A stretch of 64,000 bases of DNA from Candidatus Binatia bacterium (GCA_963666515.2 OY762897.2:4480001-4544000), one strand, 5' to 3'; shown: positions 31,687 through 44,783, numbered from the stretch's first letter. Program-made: numbers and translations. Notes: a model not told the origin generated them from the letters alone.

Positions 31687-31717
31687 GTGGAGGGAGGCGA
31701 TTCCGCGGGAAGGACGG

Positions 31718-32712
<995 letters not shown>

Positions 32713-32716
<4 letters not shown>

Positions 32717-33966
32717 GTCGCCTTCCTGAGCAGGATGCACGCGTTGGTGCCGCCGAATCCGAAGGAGTTGGAAAGGGCGACTCCGACGTCCGCCTGCCGC
32801 GGTTCGTTGGGCACGTAGTCGAGGTCACAGTCGGGGTCCGGCGTCTCGTAGTTGATGGTGGGCGGCAGCATGCCGTGCTGCAGCGCCAGCACGCTGTAGA
32901 TGGCCTCCACGGCGCCGGCCGCGCCCAGCAGGTGGCCGGTCATGGACTTGGTGGAGCTTACCGCGACGGTGCGGGCGTGGTCGCCGAAGACCGTCTTGAT
33001 GGCCGCGGTCTCGTTGGCGTCGTTGTACGGCGTCGAGGTGCCGTGAGCGTTGATGTAGTCCACGGCGCCGGGCGCGACCCCGGCGTCCTCCAGGGTCAGC
33101 GCCATGCAGCGGGCGGCGCCCTCGCCTTCCGGGGCAGGGGAGGTGATGTGATAGGCGTCGCCGTTGGTGCCGTAGCCGATCATCTCGGCATAGATCCTGG
33201 CGCCCCGGCGGACGGCGCGTTCGCGCTCCTCCAGCACCAGCATGCCCGAGCCTTCGGACATGACGAATCCGTCCCGCTCCTTGTCGAACGGCCGGCTGGC
33301 CAGCTCCGGCTCGTCGTTGCGCGTGGATAGCGCTTTCATGGCGGCGAACCCGCCCAGTCCCAGCGGGGTGGTGGCGGATTCGGTGCCGCCGGCGATGACG
33401 GCGTCCTGCCGCCCGTCGCGAATCAGGTGGAAGGCCTCTCCCAAGGCGTTGTTGCCGGACGCGCACGCGGAGGTGGGCGTCCAGTTGACCCCCTTCAGGC
33501 CGTAACGGATGGCGATCTGGCCCGGCGCCAGGTTGGAGATGACCTTGGGAATGAAGAACGGAGAGATCCTGCGCGGACCCTGCTTCATGTACACTTCGTG
33601 GTAGTGCTCGATGGTGGCGATGCCGCAGAAGCCCACGCCCACGATGGATCCGGCCCGGAACGCCTCGTCGCCGTCCACCGAGAAGCCGCTGTCCTCGACC
33701 GCAAGCTGGGCCGCGGCCAGGGCATACTGCATGAACAGGTCCATCTTCTTGACTTCGCGCGCTTCGATGAAGTCCTGGGGATCGAAACCCTTCACCTCGC
33801 CGCCGATGCGGCTGGAGAACGATTCGATGTCCTCGATGCGGGTGATGGGGCCGATACCCGAACGCCCGGCCTGGACCGCCTCCCAGTTGGCCTCCACCCC
33901 GATGCCCAGGGGGGTCAGCATTCCCATGCCGGTAACGACCACTCTGCGTCCGCCGTGATTTCCCAT
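32713..33966 (-). CDS. fabF: Beta-ketoacyl-ACP synthase II
   Basis: [28 protein letters not shown] and NSFGFGGTN motifs. Confidence 0.96.
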
Positions 33967-34011
33967 GGTGTGTGTTCTGGAATGAGCCGGTTGCACCCGT
34001 TTCCAGGGGCT

Positions 34012-35037
34012 CTACCAATACTTCTCGTGGATTTGAAGCACCTCCCGGATGCGCGGGGCGATGCGTTCGCCGCCGGGTTCCAGCGGCGCGGCTTCGGCCG
34101 ACTGCATGCGGTCGAGCACCACGGCCACGGAGTTGCGCAGGGCGGAGAGGTCGTAACCGCCCTCCAGGAGAAAAGCGATCTTGCCGCCGGTGTGCTTGCG
34201 GGCCAGCTCCAACATCGCGCCGGCCATGACGCCGAAGCCCCCTTCGGTGACCCCCATGGCCGCCAGCGGGTCGTCGCGGTGCGAGTCGAAGCCGGCCGAT
34301 ACCAGCAGCCAGTCGGGCTCGTAGCGCTCGATGGCCGGGACGATGATCTCCCGGAACACCGCCAGGTACTCGGCGTCGCCGCAGCCCGCCGGCAGCGGCA
34401 CGTTCACCGTGTACCCCTCTCCCTTGCCGCTGCCCACCTCGTCGGCGGCCCCGGTTCCGGGATAGTAGGGGTACTGGTGCGTGGACAGGAAGAGCACCGA
34501 GGGATCGTCGTAGAAGGCGTCCTGCGAGCCGTTGCCGTGGTGCACGTCCCAGTCCATGACCGCCACCCGGCGCGCGCCGTGGGCCTTCTGGAGATACCGG
34601 GCGCCGATGGCCACCGTGTTGAACAGGCAGAACCCCATGCCCCGGTCTCTCAGCGCGTGATGTCCCGGCGGCCGCACCATGGTGAAGCCGTTGGCGTATT
34701 CGGCCGCCGCCACCGCGTCCAGCAGTTGCAGGAACCCTCCCACCGCCATCAGCGCCACGCCGAAGGAGTCGCGGCAGGTGACGGTATCCCCGTCCAGCGC
34801 GAACCGGTTGTGCCCGGAGGTGGAGCGGACCAGGTCGATGTAGGCCGCGCCGTGGCACAGCTCCAGCTCCTCCTGGACCGCGGTGCGCAACGGCAGAAGC
34901 TCGTAGGCGCCGCCGCTCTCCACGACCTCGCCGGCGAGATCGAGGAGGGTCTTGAGACGTTGCGGGCTCTCGGGATGATACGGGCCGGGCTCGTGCTTCA
35001 GGAACACCGGATCGGTCACAATGGCGGAACGGGGCAT
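34012..35037 (-). CDS. Histone deacetylase-family amidohydrolase
   Basis: [33 protein letters not shown] and LEGGY motifs. Confidence 0.93.
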   Translation of the reverse strand: MPRSAIVTDPVFLKHEPGPYHPESPQRLKTLLDLAGEVVESGGAYELLPLRTAVQEELELCHGAAYIDLVRSTSGHNRFALDGDTVTCRDSFGVALMAVGGFLQLLDAVAAAEYANGFTMVRPPGHHALRDRGMGFCLFNTVAIGARYLQKAHGARRVAVMDWDVHHGNGSQDAFYDDPSVLFLSTHQYPYYPGTGAADEVGSGKGEGYTVNVPLPAGCGDAEYLAVFREIIVPAIERYEPDWLLVSAGFDSHRDDPLAAMGVTEGGFGVMAGAMLELARKHTGGKIAFLLEGGYDLSALRNSVAVVLDRMQSAEAAPLEPGGERIAPRIREVLQIHEKYW

Positions 35038-35165
35038 GTTCCGCGCAATGTACCACCGTGCAGGACGCGGAGTCAAAGAACGGCCGTCGCCTCCCGGAGA
35101 CCACACACTTGCATCGGTTCAAGCGAAGAAAGATAATGATTGGAAGGCAACAAGGGGGTCCGAGC

Positions 35166-35591
35166 ATGAAAGTCTTCATCAGCCACGCGCAGACAGATGA
35201 CTCATTGGTCAGGAAGGTCGAAGCAGGCTTGGAAAAGGTCGGCTTGGAGGTGTGGGACGCCAGCCGCGAGATCCTGCCTGGCGACAACTGGGCCGACAAG
35301 ATCGCGGAGGCGTTGAAGGAGTCGGAGGCCATGGTCGTTTTCCTCACCCCGGATGCACTGCGGTCGCCTTGGGTCCGTTGGGAGATTGAGTATGCTTTAG
35401 GCGAACGCCGTTATCGCGAACGCCTTGTCCCGGTTCTTGCAGGGAAACCGGACGGAAACGTCCCCTGGATTCTTCGGCGCCTTCGCATGATCGACATGGA
35501 AGAGTTCACCGAGGAGGAAGGGATCAACCAGATTTCACAGGCACTTCTGAAGACGGCTCAATCCCCGGCTTCGGCAGAGGAGACCCCCTGA
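35166..35591 (+). CDS. Stand-alone TIR domain protein
   Basis: KVFISHA..D, ILPGDNW, and SPWVRWEI containing the catalytic-position Glu. Confidence 0.85.
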   Translation: MKVFISHAQTDDSLVRKVEAGLEKVGLEVWDASREILPGDNWADKIAEALKESEAMVVFLTPDALRSPWVRWEIEYALGERRYRERLVPVLAGKPDGNVPWILRRLRMIDMEEFTEEEGINQISQALLKTAQSPASAEETP

Positions 35592-35595
35592 GGTC

Positions 35596-35694
35596 ATGCT
35601 GCCGAAGGAGATTTTTGTATCCCATTCTGACCGTGACCGACCGTTTGTGGCGGACTTGGTCTCCGTCATGCGGCGCCATGGTCTGCCTGTCTGA
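35596..35694 (+). pseudogene. Truncated second TIR gene (32 codons)
   Basis: MLPKEIFVSHSDRDRPFVADLVSVMRRHGLPV* is a TIR N-terminus ending where Trp is expected. Confidence 0.65.
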
Positions 35695-35753
35695 GTTCTT
35701 TGACTCGCCCCGGCAAATGCCTTAGCCTAGTGTCCTAGCGTCTGGGAGTCGGA

Positions 35754-36029
35754 ATGTTTGGTATCGGAATGCCGGAGCTGCTCTTGATCCTGGCGGTGGC
35801 CCTGATCGTGCTGGGGCCCAAGAAACTGCCGGAGATCGCGCGCGCCCTGGGACGGGGGCTCGCCGAGTTCCGCCGGACGACTGACGACGTGAAGCGGGAG
35901 ATGCAGGCCGCCGCGGACGAGATCGACACCCGTCCCGACAGCGAAGACACCGCCGCTGCCGAGCCGACCGGAGAAGGCGCGCCGGCCAATACCATATCTC
36001 CGGCGGGCGATCCCACCAGGAAAGAGTGA
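35754..36029 (+). CDS. Twin-arginine translocase TatA/TatB subunit
   Basis: MFGIGMPEL...[15 protein letters not shown]. Confidence 0.9.
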   Translation: MFGIGMPELLLILAVALIVLGPKKLPEIARALGRGLAEFRRTTDDVKREMQAAADEIDTRPDSEDTAAAEPTGEGAPANTISPAGDPTRKE

Positions 36030-36817
36030 ACGCGGACGGAGGAGCGAGCGGGGAGGGGGAGCGGCTGGCGGACGACTCCAGCATGCCCCTGACCGCGCAC
36101 CTGGAGGAGCTTCGGTCCCGGCTCATCAAGTCCTCTCTGGCCGTGTTGGCGGCCTTCATCGCCTGTTACCTGACCGCGGACCGCCTCATCACCTTCATGA
36201 CCGCGCCGCTGCTGCGGCTGGAGGCCTCCGGCCTCACGGTCATCGGCACCGGCGTCGCCGAGGCTTTCTTCGCCAAGCTCAAGGTGGCGTTCGTGGCGGC
36301 CATCTTCCTGGCGTTGCCGGTGCTGCTGTGGCACGCGTGGAAGTTCGTGGCGCCTGGCCTCTACAGCCGCGAGCGGCGCTACACCAAGGGTTTCGTCTTC
36401 TTCGGCACTCTGTTCTTCCTGCTGGGAGCCGGCTTCTGCTACGTGGTGATCTTCGACATCGGCTACCGCTTCTTCCTGGAGCAGTACCAGCAGCTCGACA
36501 TCCGCCCGGCGATCCGGGTCAGCGAGTACCTGTCGTTCTCTGCCAAGCTCATGCTGGCCTTCGGAGTCGTCTTCGAGCTGCCGGTGGCGGGGGTGTTCCT
36601 GGCCCGGGTGGGGCTCATCGATCACCGCATGATGATGCGGCAGTTCCCCTACGCGTTTCTGGGGATGGTGGTGCTGGGCGCTGTCCTCACCCCGCCCGAC
36701 GTGATCTCGCAGGTGCTGCTGGCGCTACCGTTGACCGCGCTCTACGGCCTCACCATCGTGCTGGTCTACTTCATGCGGCGGAAGGACGGCGTGAACCGGG
36801 AGGAGGACGGCGGCTAG
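36026..36817 (+). CDS. tatC: Twin-arginine translocase TatC
   Basis: [20 protein letters not shown] and LTPPD motifs. Confidence 0.95.
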   Translation: MNADGGASGEGERLADDSSMPLTAHLEELRSRLIKSSLAVLAAFIACYLTADRLITFMTAPLLRLEASGLTVIGTGVAEAFFAKLKVAFVAAIFLALPVLLWHAWKFVAPGLYSRERRYTKGFVFFGTLFFLLGAGFCYVVIFDIGYRFFLEQYQQLDIRPAIRVSEYLSFSAKLMLAFGVVFELPVAGVFLARVGLIDHRMMMRQFPYAFLGMVVLGAVLTPPDVISQVLLALPLTALYGLTIVLVYFMRRKDGVNREEDGG

Positions 36818-36864
36818 CGGGATGCACGCGGGGTCCGCCTGCCCGCGGCCCGGCGCCTCCGCGC

Positions 36865-37368
36865 CTATTCCACGATCACGAGCACCTGTCCGGATTCCAC
36901 CGACTCCCCGGCCTTGACGCGGATCTCCTTGACCTCGCCGTTGCCGGGCGCCCGCACCTCGTTCTCCATCTTCATGGCCTCGACGATCACCAGTCCCTGG
37001 CCCTTGGCCACGGCGTCGCCCTCGTTCACCAGCACCGCCACCACCTTGCCGGGCATGGGGATCCTGACCTCCTGCCGGCCGGACACCTCGACCCCGGACT
37101 GCCGTCCGCCGACCCGGACCTGCCGTTCGTCGGACATGCTGATGTGGTAGGTGCGGCCGTCCAGCAGCACCCGGTACTCGTCCTCGGTGGTGTCCACGTC
37201 CACCTCGAAGGAGCGGTTGTCGATCAAGAGCGAGTAGTTGTTGCGGCCGGTCCGCCTCCCGTCCACCATGAACTCGTGGCCGTCCACCACCACCTTGTAC
37301 AGGGACTTGTCGGTCTCGGTGATGCGCACCACCGAGGTCTGGCCGCCGAGTTTGGCGATGAACGCCAT
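36865..37368 (-). CDS. Biotin carboxyl carrier protein
   Basis: PMPGKV and EAMKMEN biotinylation motif. Confidence 0.92.
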   Translation of the reverse strand: MAFIAKLGGQTSVVRITETDKSLYKVVVDGHEFMVDGRRTGRNNYSLLIDNRSFEVDVDTTEDEYRVLLDGRTYHISMSDERQVRVGGRQSGVEVSGRQEVRIPMPGKVVAVLVNEGDAVAKGQGLVIVEAMKMENEVRAPGNGEVKEIRVKAGESVESGQVLVIVE

Positions 37369-37372
37369 GAGG

Positions 37373-38911
37373 CTACCAGCCGCGCCCCGCGCCGGGCGCG
37401 CCCGAGTGGCGTTGCAGCGCCTCGCGCCGGCCGGCGTCGCGCCACTCCGATTGCTCCGCGGCGCCTTTCTCCACCATCCGGAGCGCCCGCTCCTGCTCCC
37501 GGTGGAGCGCCACGATGGCGGCGGACGCCAGCGCCACGTGACGGTCCGGGTAGACCTGCTCCATGGCCATGAACCCCCGCTGCTCGTCCACGAACCCGGT
37601 GTAGACGTCCCCTTCGATGAACTGGGGGTGGCGCAGCATCCACTGGTGGAACGGGATGTTGGTCTTGACGCCCCGGACCTGGTACTCGCGCAGGGCGCGC
37701 TTGAGGCGCCGGATGGCCTCGGCGCGGTCCTCGCCCCAGACGATGAGCTTGGCGATCATGGGGTCGTAGTGGATGGGGATCTCGGCGCCCTCGTAGACGC
37801 CGCAGTCGTTGCGGATGCCGAACCCCTCGGGCAACCGCAGCCCCTCGATCTTTCCCGGACAGGGCATGAAGTCGGTCTCCGGGTCTTCGGCGTAGATGCG
37901 GCATTCGATGGCGTGCCCGGTGGGCCGGATCTGGCGCTGCGACCAGGACAGGGGCGTTCCCGAAGCGACGTGGATCTGCGCCTTCACCAGGTCGATGCCC
38001 ATGACCCGCTCGGTGATGGCGTGCTCCACCTGCAGGCGGGTGTTCATCTCCAGGAAGTAGTAGTTCTTGTGGCGGTCCACCAGGAACTCCATGGTGCCGA
38101 CGCCGGTGTAGCCGAGCGCCTTCGCCCCCTGCGCCGCGGTCTTGCCCATGGCCTTCTGCATGCGGAGGTCGATGGTCGGCGCGGGACATTCCTCGATGAT
38201 CTTCTGGTGGCGGCGCTGGATCGAGCATTCGCGGGTGAACAGGTGCAGCACCCGGCCGTAGATGTCGGCGAGGAGCTGGACCTCGATGTGGCGGCAGCGC
38301 TCCAGGTACTTCTCGACGTAGAGCCGGGAATCGCCGAAGGACGAGGCCGCCTCGGAGCGCGCCGCGCGGTAGGCGGAGCGTATTTCGTCGCTGGACTCCA
38401 CCCGCCGCAGCCCCTTGCCGCCTCCGCCGGCCACGGCCTTGAGGACGCAGGGGTAGCCGATGGCCTCGGCGGTCTCCATCACCTCCTCCTCGGAGCTGAG
38501 GATGTCGTCGGAGCCGGGGATCACCGGCAGCCCCGCCTTCTTCATCAGCGCCCGGGCGTGGACCTTGTCGCCCATCTGCTTGATGACTTCCGGCGACGGT
38601 CCGAGAAAGACGATGCCGGCCTCGTCGCAGGCGCGGGCGAACGCCGGGTTCTCGGCGAGGAACCCGTAGCCGGGGTGAATGGCGTCGGCCCGGCTCTTCC
38701 TGGCCGCGTCGATGACCCGGTCGATGCGGAGGTAGCTCTCCGTGGAGGGGGCTTCCCCCACCGGATAGGAGTAGTCGGCGTACTTGACGTGAAGAGCCTC
38801 GCGGTCGGCCTCGGAGTAGATGGCGACGCTCTGGATGTCCAGCTCGCGGCACGCGCGTATGATGCGGACGGCGATCTCGCCGCGGTTGGCCACCAGGATC
38901 CGTTTGAACAT
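37373..38911 (-). CDS. Biotin carboxylase subunit of an acyl-CoA carboxylase
   Basis: ANRGEIA, HPGYGFLAEN, GGGGKG, CSIQRRHQK and EMNTRLQVEH motifs. Confidence 0.93.
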   Translation of the reverse strand: MFKRILVANRGEIAVRIIRACRELDIQSVAIYSEADREALHVKYADYSYPVGEAPSTESYLRIDRVIDAARKSRADAIHPGYGFLAENPAFARACDEAGIVFLGPSPEVIKQMGDKVHARALMKKAGLPVIPGSDDILSSEEEVMETAEAIGYPCVLKAVAGGGGKGLRRVESSDEIRSAYRAARSEAASSFGDSRLYVEKYLERCRHIEVQLLADIYGRVLHLFTRECSIQRRHQKIIEECPAPTIDLRMQKAMGKTAAQGAKALGYTGVGTMEFLVDRHKNYYFLEMNTRLQVEHAITERVMGIDLVKAQIHVASGTPLSWSQRQIRPTGHAIECRIYAEDPETDFMPCPGKIEGLRLPEGFGIRNDCGVYEGAEIPIHYDPMIAKLIVWGEDRAEAIRRLKRALREYQVRGVKTNIPFHQWMLRHPQFIEGDVYTGFVDEQRGFMAMEQVYPDRHVALASAAIVALHREQERALRMVEKGAAEQSEWRDAGRREALQRHSGAPGAGRGW

Positions 38912-38939
38912 CTCAGGCGATCCCGTTATGCGCCCGCCC

Positions 38940-40490
<1,551 letters not shown>

Positions 40491-40735
40491 CAACGCCCCT
40501 TGCCTGCCGCCTTCCGGTGAGTTACGCCCGGCCTCATGGACGCCCCGGCGCCGGGGCTCGGCGCGCCGGTCCGGTGCACGGCTCCGTCTCTTGACCCGGG
40601 AAGGTCGCCGCGGTTATCAATGTCGGTGGGTTCCAGTGGTTCGTCACACAAGAACAACCCGTGGATCATAGGCCCCGCGGCGCAAAAATTCAAGGATTGC
40701 CCCGGATTCCCGTCCCTTCCTCGAACCGCCGAGCG

Positions 40736-41563
40736 ATGACAGGATCGTCCTCATACCCGTTCTTCTCGGACCCGCCGCCGAGGATCGCCGGACATCGCGG
40801 CGCCGCCGGCACCATGCCGGAGAACACCCTGGCGTCGTTCCGCCGGGCGCTGGAGGAAGGGGCGACCTTCGTCGAGATGGACGTCCACGCGACCCGCGAC
40901 GGCGAGATCGTCATCATCCACGACGACACCCTCCAGCGCACCACCGACGGCGCCGGCGCGTTGCGGGACACGGCCCTTGCGGACCTGAAGCCGCTGGACG
41001 CCGGCTACCGGTTCACGGCCGACGACGGCGCCACCTACCCGTTCCGGGGCCGGGGCATCCGGGTGCCGACCCTGCGCGAGTTCTTCGCCGAGTTTCCCGA
41101 GGCCAGGACGACGGTAGAGATCAAGGAGTTGCCGGCGCCGGCCGTCGGGACGCTGTTCGACCTCATCGAGGAGTTCGGCAACGCGGAGCAGGTGCTGGTG
41201 GCGGCCGAGCACGACGCCACCATGGCCGCGGCGCGCGAAGTCATCCGCGGGCGCGGCCTGTCCGTAGCCACGGGGTTCTCCACGGGTGAGATCCGCGCCT
41301 TCATGGCCGCGCTGACGGCAGGACGGGAGGCGCCGCGGGAGGCGCCCGGCCGGGCGCTCCAGATCCCGCTACGGTACCAGGGCGTGGAACTCGTCACCCC
41401 GGCGTCGGTGGCGGCCGCCCACGGCCTGGGCGTCGAGGTCCACGTCTGGACCGTCAACGAGACGGACGAGATGAAGGAACTGCTGGCGCTCGGCGTCGAC
41501 GGCATCATCACCGACTACCCCGCCCGCCTGCGGGACGTGGTCCGGCAATCCGAAGCGCGTTGA
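40736..41563 (+). CDS. Glycerophosphodiester phosphodiesterase
   Basis: GHRG, PENT, EMDVH, IHD, WTVN and DGIITDYP motifs. Confidence 0.92.
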   Translation: MTGSSSYPFFSDPPPRIAGHRGAAGTMPENTLASFRRALEEGATFVEMDVHATRDGEIVIIHDDTLQRTTDGAGALRDTALADLKPLDAGYRFTADDGATYPFRGRGIRVPTLREFFAEFPEARTTVEIKELPAPAVGTLFDLIEEFGNAEQVLVAAEHDATMAAAREVIRGRGLSVATGFSTGEIRAFMAALTAGREAPREAPGRALQIPLRYQGVELVTPASVAAAHGLGVEVHVWTVNETDEMKELLALGVDGIITDYPARLRDVVRQSEAR

Positions 41564-41626
41564 CGCGGACCTCGGCCTGCCATGCCAAGACGATCCTGCG
41601 CATCGCCCGCGTCTCCGTAGACCCGC

Positions 41627-42235
41627 ATGACGGACACGGCGCCAGACCCGCGCATGGAGCCGCTGCTCGACGCGCTGGAGGAAACCGACAAGGGGGTGGT
41701 CCGTCGCGCGGTGGAGGAGTTGGTGACCCTGGCCGCGGCCGAGCCAAGGGTTGCCGAGGCTCTCGCCCGGCGGCTGCAGGCCGCCCCGCGCTGGCCCGTC
41801 GCCTATGCCCTGGGGCAGATCACCCGCCCGTCCCCGGCCTGCCTGGAAGTGCTCGTCCGGGGCCTCGGCAGCGGCGACCAGGACGTGCGCTGGGCCACCC
41901 AGCTCCTGGTCACCGACCTCGGCAAGCGCTATGCGGAGGTCGGATCACGCCTGGAAGCGCTGCTGGGCGGCGGCTCGGCCACCCAAAGGAGAATGGCCGT
42001 CTACTGCCTGCGGGATATCGGCGCGGCCGGCGCCGGGTTTCCGGCCGCGTTGCTTGAGGCCCTGCGCGACCCCGAGCCGCTGGTGCGGGTGGCGGTGGCG
42101 ACCAGCCTCGCCAAGGCCCCGGCGGCGGGGGCGGACGCGCTGGATGCGCTCAGGAGCGCGGCCGCGGAAGATCCCGACGTCCGGGTGCGGAACGCCGCGG
42201 CCTTCGCCGTCAAGCGTCTCGCTGAGCCCACGTGA
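41627..42235 (+). CDS. HEAT/PBS-lyase repeat protein
   Basis: Repeated D..VR..A motifs in Ala/Leu-rich helices. Confidence 0.75.
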   Translation: MTDTAPDPRMEPLLDALEETDKGVVRRAVEELVTLAAAEPRVAEALARRLQAAPRWPVAYALGQITRPSPACLEVLVRGLGSGDQDVRWATQLLVTDLGKRYAEVGSRLEALLGGGSATQRRMAVYCLRDIGAAGAGFPAALLEALRDPEPLVRVAVATSLAKAPAAGADALDALRSAAAEDPDVRVRNAAAFAVKRLAEPT

Positions 42236-42255
42236 GCGGGTCCGCGCGAAAGAAT

Positions 42256-42284
42256 TTGACAAAGGGAACCGCCTCCCCTAAGAT
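42256..42284 (+). promoter_or_regulatory. Near-consensus sigma70 promoter
   Basis: TTGACA (42256-42261), 17 nt, TAAGAT (42279-42284). Confidence 0.75.
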
Positions 42285-42316
42285 GTCCGCCAGCAGAGAA
42301 AGGAGGTGGTCAAAAT

Positions 42317-42355
42317 ATGAGTGACATATGTAGCTGCGAGGTGACTGAGACCTAG
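42317..42355 (+). CDS. Candidate 12-aa micropeptide MSDICSCEVTET (or part of an sRNA)
   Basis: Strong SD AAAGGAGGT upstream of the ATG; own promoter and terminator. Confidence 0.5.
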   Translation: MSDICSCEVTET

Positions 42356-42409
42356 GCTCTCGAGCCTTTTTCGGAATTGAGGGTCTTGGTCAATTCCGAC
42401 AGTACACCG

Positions 42410-42448
42410 AGCCCTGGCTGGCCGACGCGTCAGCCAGGGCTTTTGTTT
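42410..42448 (+). terminator. Intrinsic terminator of the small transcription unit
   Basis: AGCCCTGGCTG...CAGCCAGGGCT followed by TTTGTTT. Confidence 0.8.
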
Positions 42449-43248
42449 GTTTGCGCCGTGTTTGTTTCCGCCCAGCCGATGAAGCTCGCCTGGCGTCCGG
42501 TGGCGCCGTCGCCGGCCGCGGCCTCCCGGCGGTAGGAAAAGAACTCCGCGGGATGGCACGCGGTGCAGGGGCCCGCCGCGGCGATCCGTTGCGCCGGCAC
42601 CCCCGCCGCGGCCAACAGCGCGGCGTTCAGCCGTCTCAGGTCGAGCCAGGTCCTGCCCTCCCGGCGCTCCAGGGCGGCTTCCGCCTTGTCGCCCCATGCC
42701 CCGATCAGCGGTTCCGAGACGTCGGGACCGATCTCGTAGCAGCAGCCTCCGATGGCCGGACCCACCGCGCACCACAGGTCCCGCGGCGCCGTGCCGTAGC
42801 GGTTCTCGATGTGCCGCACCGTTTTCGCGGCCACGCCGGCCAGGGTGCCGCGCCAGCCCGCGTGGATCACCGCGGCCAGCCTTCGTTCCGGGGTGCGCGC
42901 CCAGCAGAGGACCGGCACGCAGTCCGCGGTCAGGACGCCGAGGTAGACGCCGGGCGCGTCGGTCACCATGGCGTCGCCCTCGCCCGCGTCCTTGCACGGC
43001 CCGGCGACGTCGATGACGTGATCGCCGTGCCGTTGCCGCATGGTCACCAGCCGCGTGCCCGCCATGCCCGCGGCGCCCTTCACGGCGCAGTAGTTGTCCT
43101 TGACGTGCTGAGGGTCGTCGCCCACGTTGAAGGAGACGTTGAGGCCCGCGAACGCGCCCCGGCTGTGGCCGCCGGTTCGGCCCAGAAATCCGTGCCGCAG
43201 TCCGGGCTGCGCTTCCCACCCGGGAACGCGGTAAACCGTCAAGTCCAT
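42430..43248 (-). CDS. pgeF: Peptidoglycan editing factor PgeF/YfiH
   Basis: HGF.GR.GG.S, Q.HG, DAMVT, TADCVP, HAGWRG, GPAI...CYE and FFSYRR motifs. Confidence 0.92.
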   Translation of the reverse strand: MDLTVYRVPGWEAQPGLRHGFLGRTGGHSRGAFAGLNVSFNVGDDPQHVKDNYCAVKGAAGMAGTRLVTMRQRHGDHVIDVAGPCKDAGEGDAMVTDAPGVYLGVLTADCVPVLCWARTPERRLAAVIHAGWRGTLAGVAAKTVRHIENRYGTAPRDLWCAVGPAIGGCCYEIGPDVSEPLIGAWGDKAEAALERREGRTWLDLRRLNAALLAAAGVPAQRIAAAGPCTACHPAEFFSYRREAAAGDGATGRQASFIGWAETNTAQTNKSPG

Positions 43249-43251
43249 CAC

Positions 43252-43304
43252 AACCGTTCGTCCTGAGCGTAGCGGAGTGTCAGCGGAGCGAAGTCGAAGG
43301 ACGC
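43252..43304 (+). repeat. REP-like dispersed repeat, copy 1
   Basis: AACCGTTCGTCCTGAGCGT...CAGCGGAGCGAAGTCGAAGGACGC; nearly identical to 44782..44834. Confidence 0.8.
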
Positions 43305-43323
43305 AAGCTCACGGGACACCACA

Positions 43324-44070
43324 CTAGAACCGCGACAGCAGGCTGCCGAAGCCGTCGAGCCGGTCCGACAGCCCGTTCTGGCGCAACGCGTACCAGTAGA
43401 TGGCCGTGTTGATGGCGATGACCGGCTTGCCGAGCCGGCTTTCCGCTTCGCCCGCCAGCCGCGCCATGACCAGGTTCGTGCCCACCTGCACCACCGCGTC
43501 CACGTCGCCGCCGTCCACCTCCTCGATGGCCGCCTCCAGGGTGTCCGCCTGCACGTGGGCGATCAGCACCGGGCTCTCGCACTTGAGGCCCTTGAGGCGC
43601 GCCACCTCGTAGCCGCAGTCGGTGAAGAACCGCACCACCTGGGCGTCGCCCACGGGCATGTACGGCGTGATCACCCCGATGCGCCGGATGCCGCCGTACG
43701 CCTCCAGCGCCGCCTCGCAGGCGTAGGAGCCCATGGCGACCCGCACCCCCGCGCGCCGCTCCACCGCCTCCAGAAGCCGCCGGCTGCCCTCGGCGCCGTC
43801 CCAGAAGGTCTCCGAGGACATGCCCATGATCAGGTAGTCGGGCCGGCAGGTCATCACGCGGTCGATGGCGTTGTCCACCTCCGCGCGGATGTTCCGCATC
43901 AACTGCTCGAAGTCCGCGTCGTCGTGGATGGGGTCGTCGGGAATCCAGATGCGCGCGAAGTGGTTGGTCACGCCGTCCGGCCTCATGTCGTCGAACTCGG
44001 GCTGCACCGACGTGTTGGTGGAGGGGGCGATGACCGCGAACTTGCGCCGCCAGCCCAGGGCGTCAACCAT
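43324..44070 (-). CDS. Maleate isomerase / arylmalonate decarboxylase (Asp/Glu racemase) family protein
   Basis: PSTNT..QPE, ITPY, GTNL and LGKPV.AIN motifs. Confidence 0.8.
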   Translation of the reverse strand: MVDALGWRRKFAVIAPSTNTSVQPEFDDMRPDGVTNHFARIWIPDDPIHDDADFEQLMRNIRAEVDNAIDRVMTCRPDYLIMGMSSETFWDGAEGSRRLLEAVERRAGVRVAMGSYACEAALEAYGGIRRIGVITPYMPVGDAQVVRFFTDCGYEVARLKGLKCESPVLIAHVQADTLEAAIEEVDGGDVDAVVQVGTNLVMARLAGEAESRLGKPVIAINTAIYWYALRQNGLSDRLDGFGSLLSRF

Positions 44071-44294
44071 TCATCGTCCTCCGGCGGCTTCTCACGCGGG
44101 CGTTCCGCGCCGAGGTGGTTGGACTCGCGTTCATGGCCCAAGGTATAACACCAACGTTCTGCGGTTTACTATTGTCTGCGCCGGCGCTCTTGCCATGGCG
44201 CATCATTGCAGGCGCTGACGATTCCCGGTCTCCGACCCCCGCTTCTCCCGGGAGAGGGCAGGGGCGAGGGCCTCCCGCGGGTGGAAAGGACGAC

Positions 44295-44783
44295 ATGGCG
44301 ATACCGGAACGCTACAACACGGGCTACAACGTCGGCGTGGGCGGAGCGGTGGTGCGGGACGGACGGCTGCTGTTCGTGCGGCGCGCGTCGCGCCGAGGGC
44401 GCGGCAACTGGCAGGTGCCCGGCGGCTTCATCGAGCCGGACGAGACCATCGAGGCGGCCGTGGTCCGGGAAGTGGCCGAGGAAGCCGGCGTGGAGGCGGA
44501 GGTGGAGGGGGTGCTGGGCGTGCGCAGCCGCTACGATGCCGAGTCCGGCAACAGCCTCTACGTGGTGCTGCTGCTCCGGGGCCTCACCGCGGAGCCCACG
44601 CCCGACGGGAGGGAGGTGGACCGGGCGGTCTACCTTTCGCTGGAGGAGATCCGCGCGCTGGACCCGCTGCCGCAGACCAACTGGGAGGTCGCGCAAAGCG
44701 CCTTGGCGCCCGTGCCGCGGCTGCTGACGCCCAAGACGGTGTCGAACCAGCGGGGCCAGGTCTTCAACCTCTTCATCGGATAA
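44295..44783 (+). CDS. NUDIX hydrolase
   Basis: Nudix box PGGFIEPDETIEAAVVREVAEEAG; SD AAAGGA. Confidence 0.9.
   Translation: MAIPERYNTGYNVGVGGAVVRDGRLLFVRRASRRGRGNWQVPGGFIEPDETIEAAVVREVAEEAGVEAEVEGVLGVRSRYDAESGNSLYVVLLLRGLTAEPTPDGREVDRAVYLSLEEIRALDPLPQTNWEVAQSALAPVPRLLTPKTVSNQRGQVFNLFIG

Noticed and set aside
35692-35703. TGA readthrough (Trp or Sec) rescuing the second TIR gene
   Set aside because: A second in-frame TGA follows after two codons and TIR similarity does not resume
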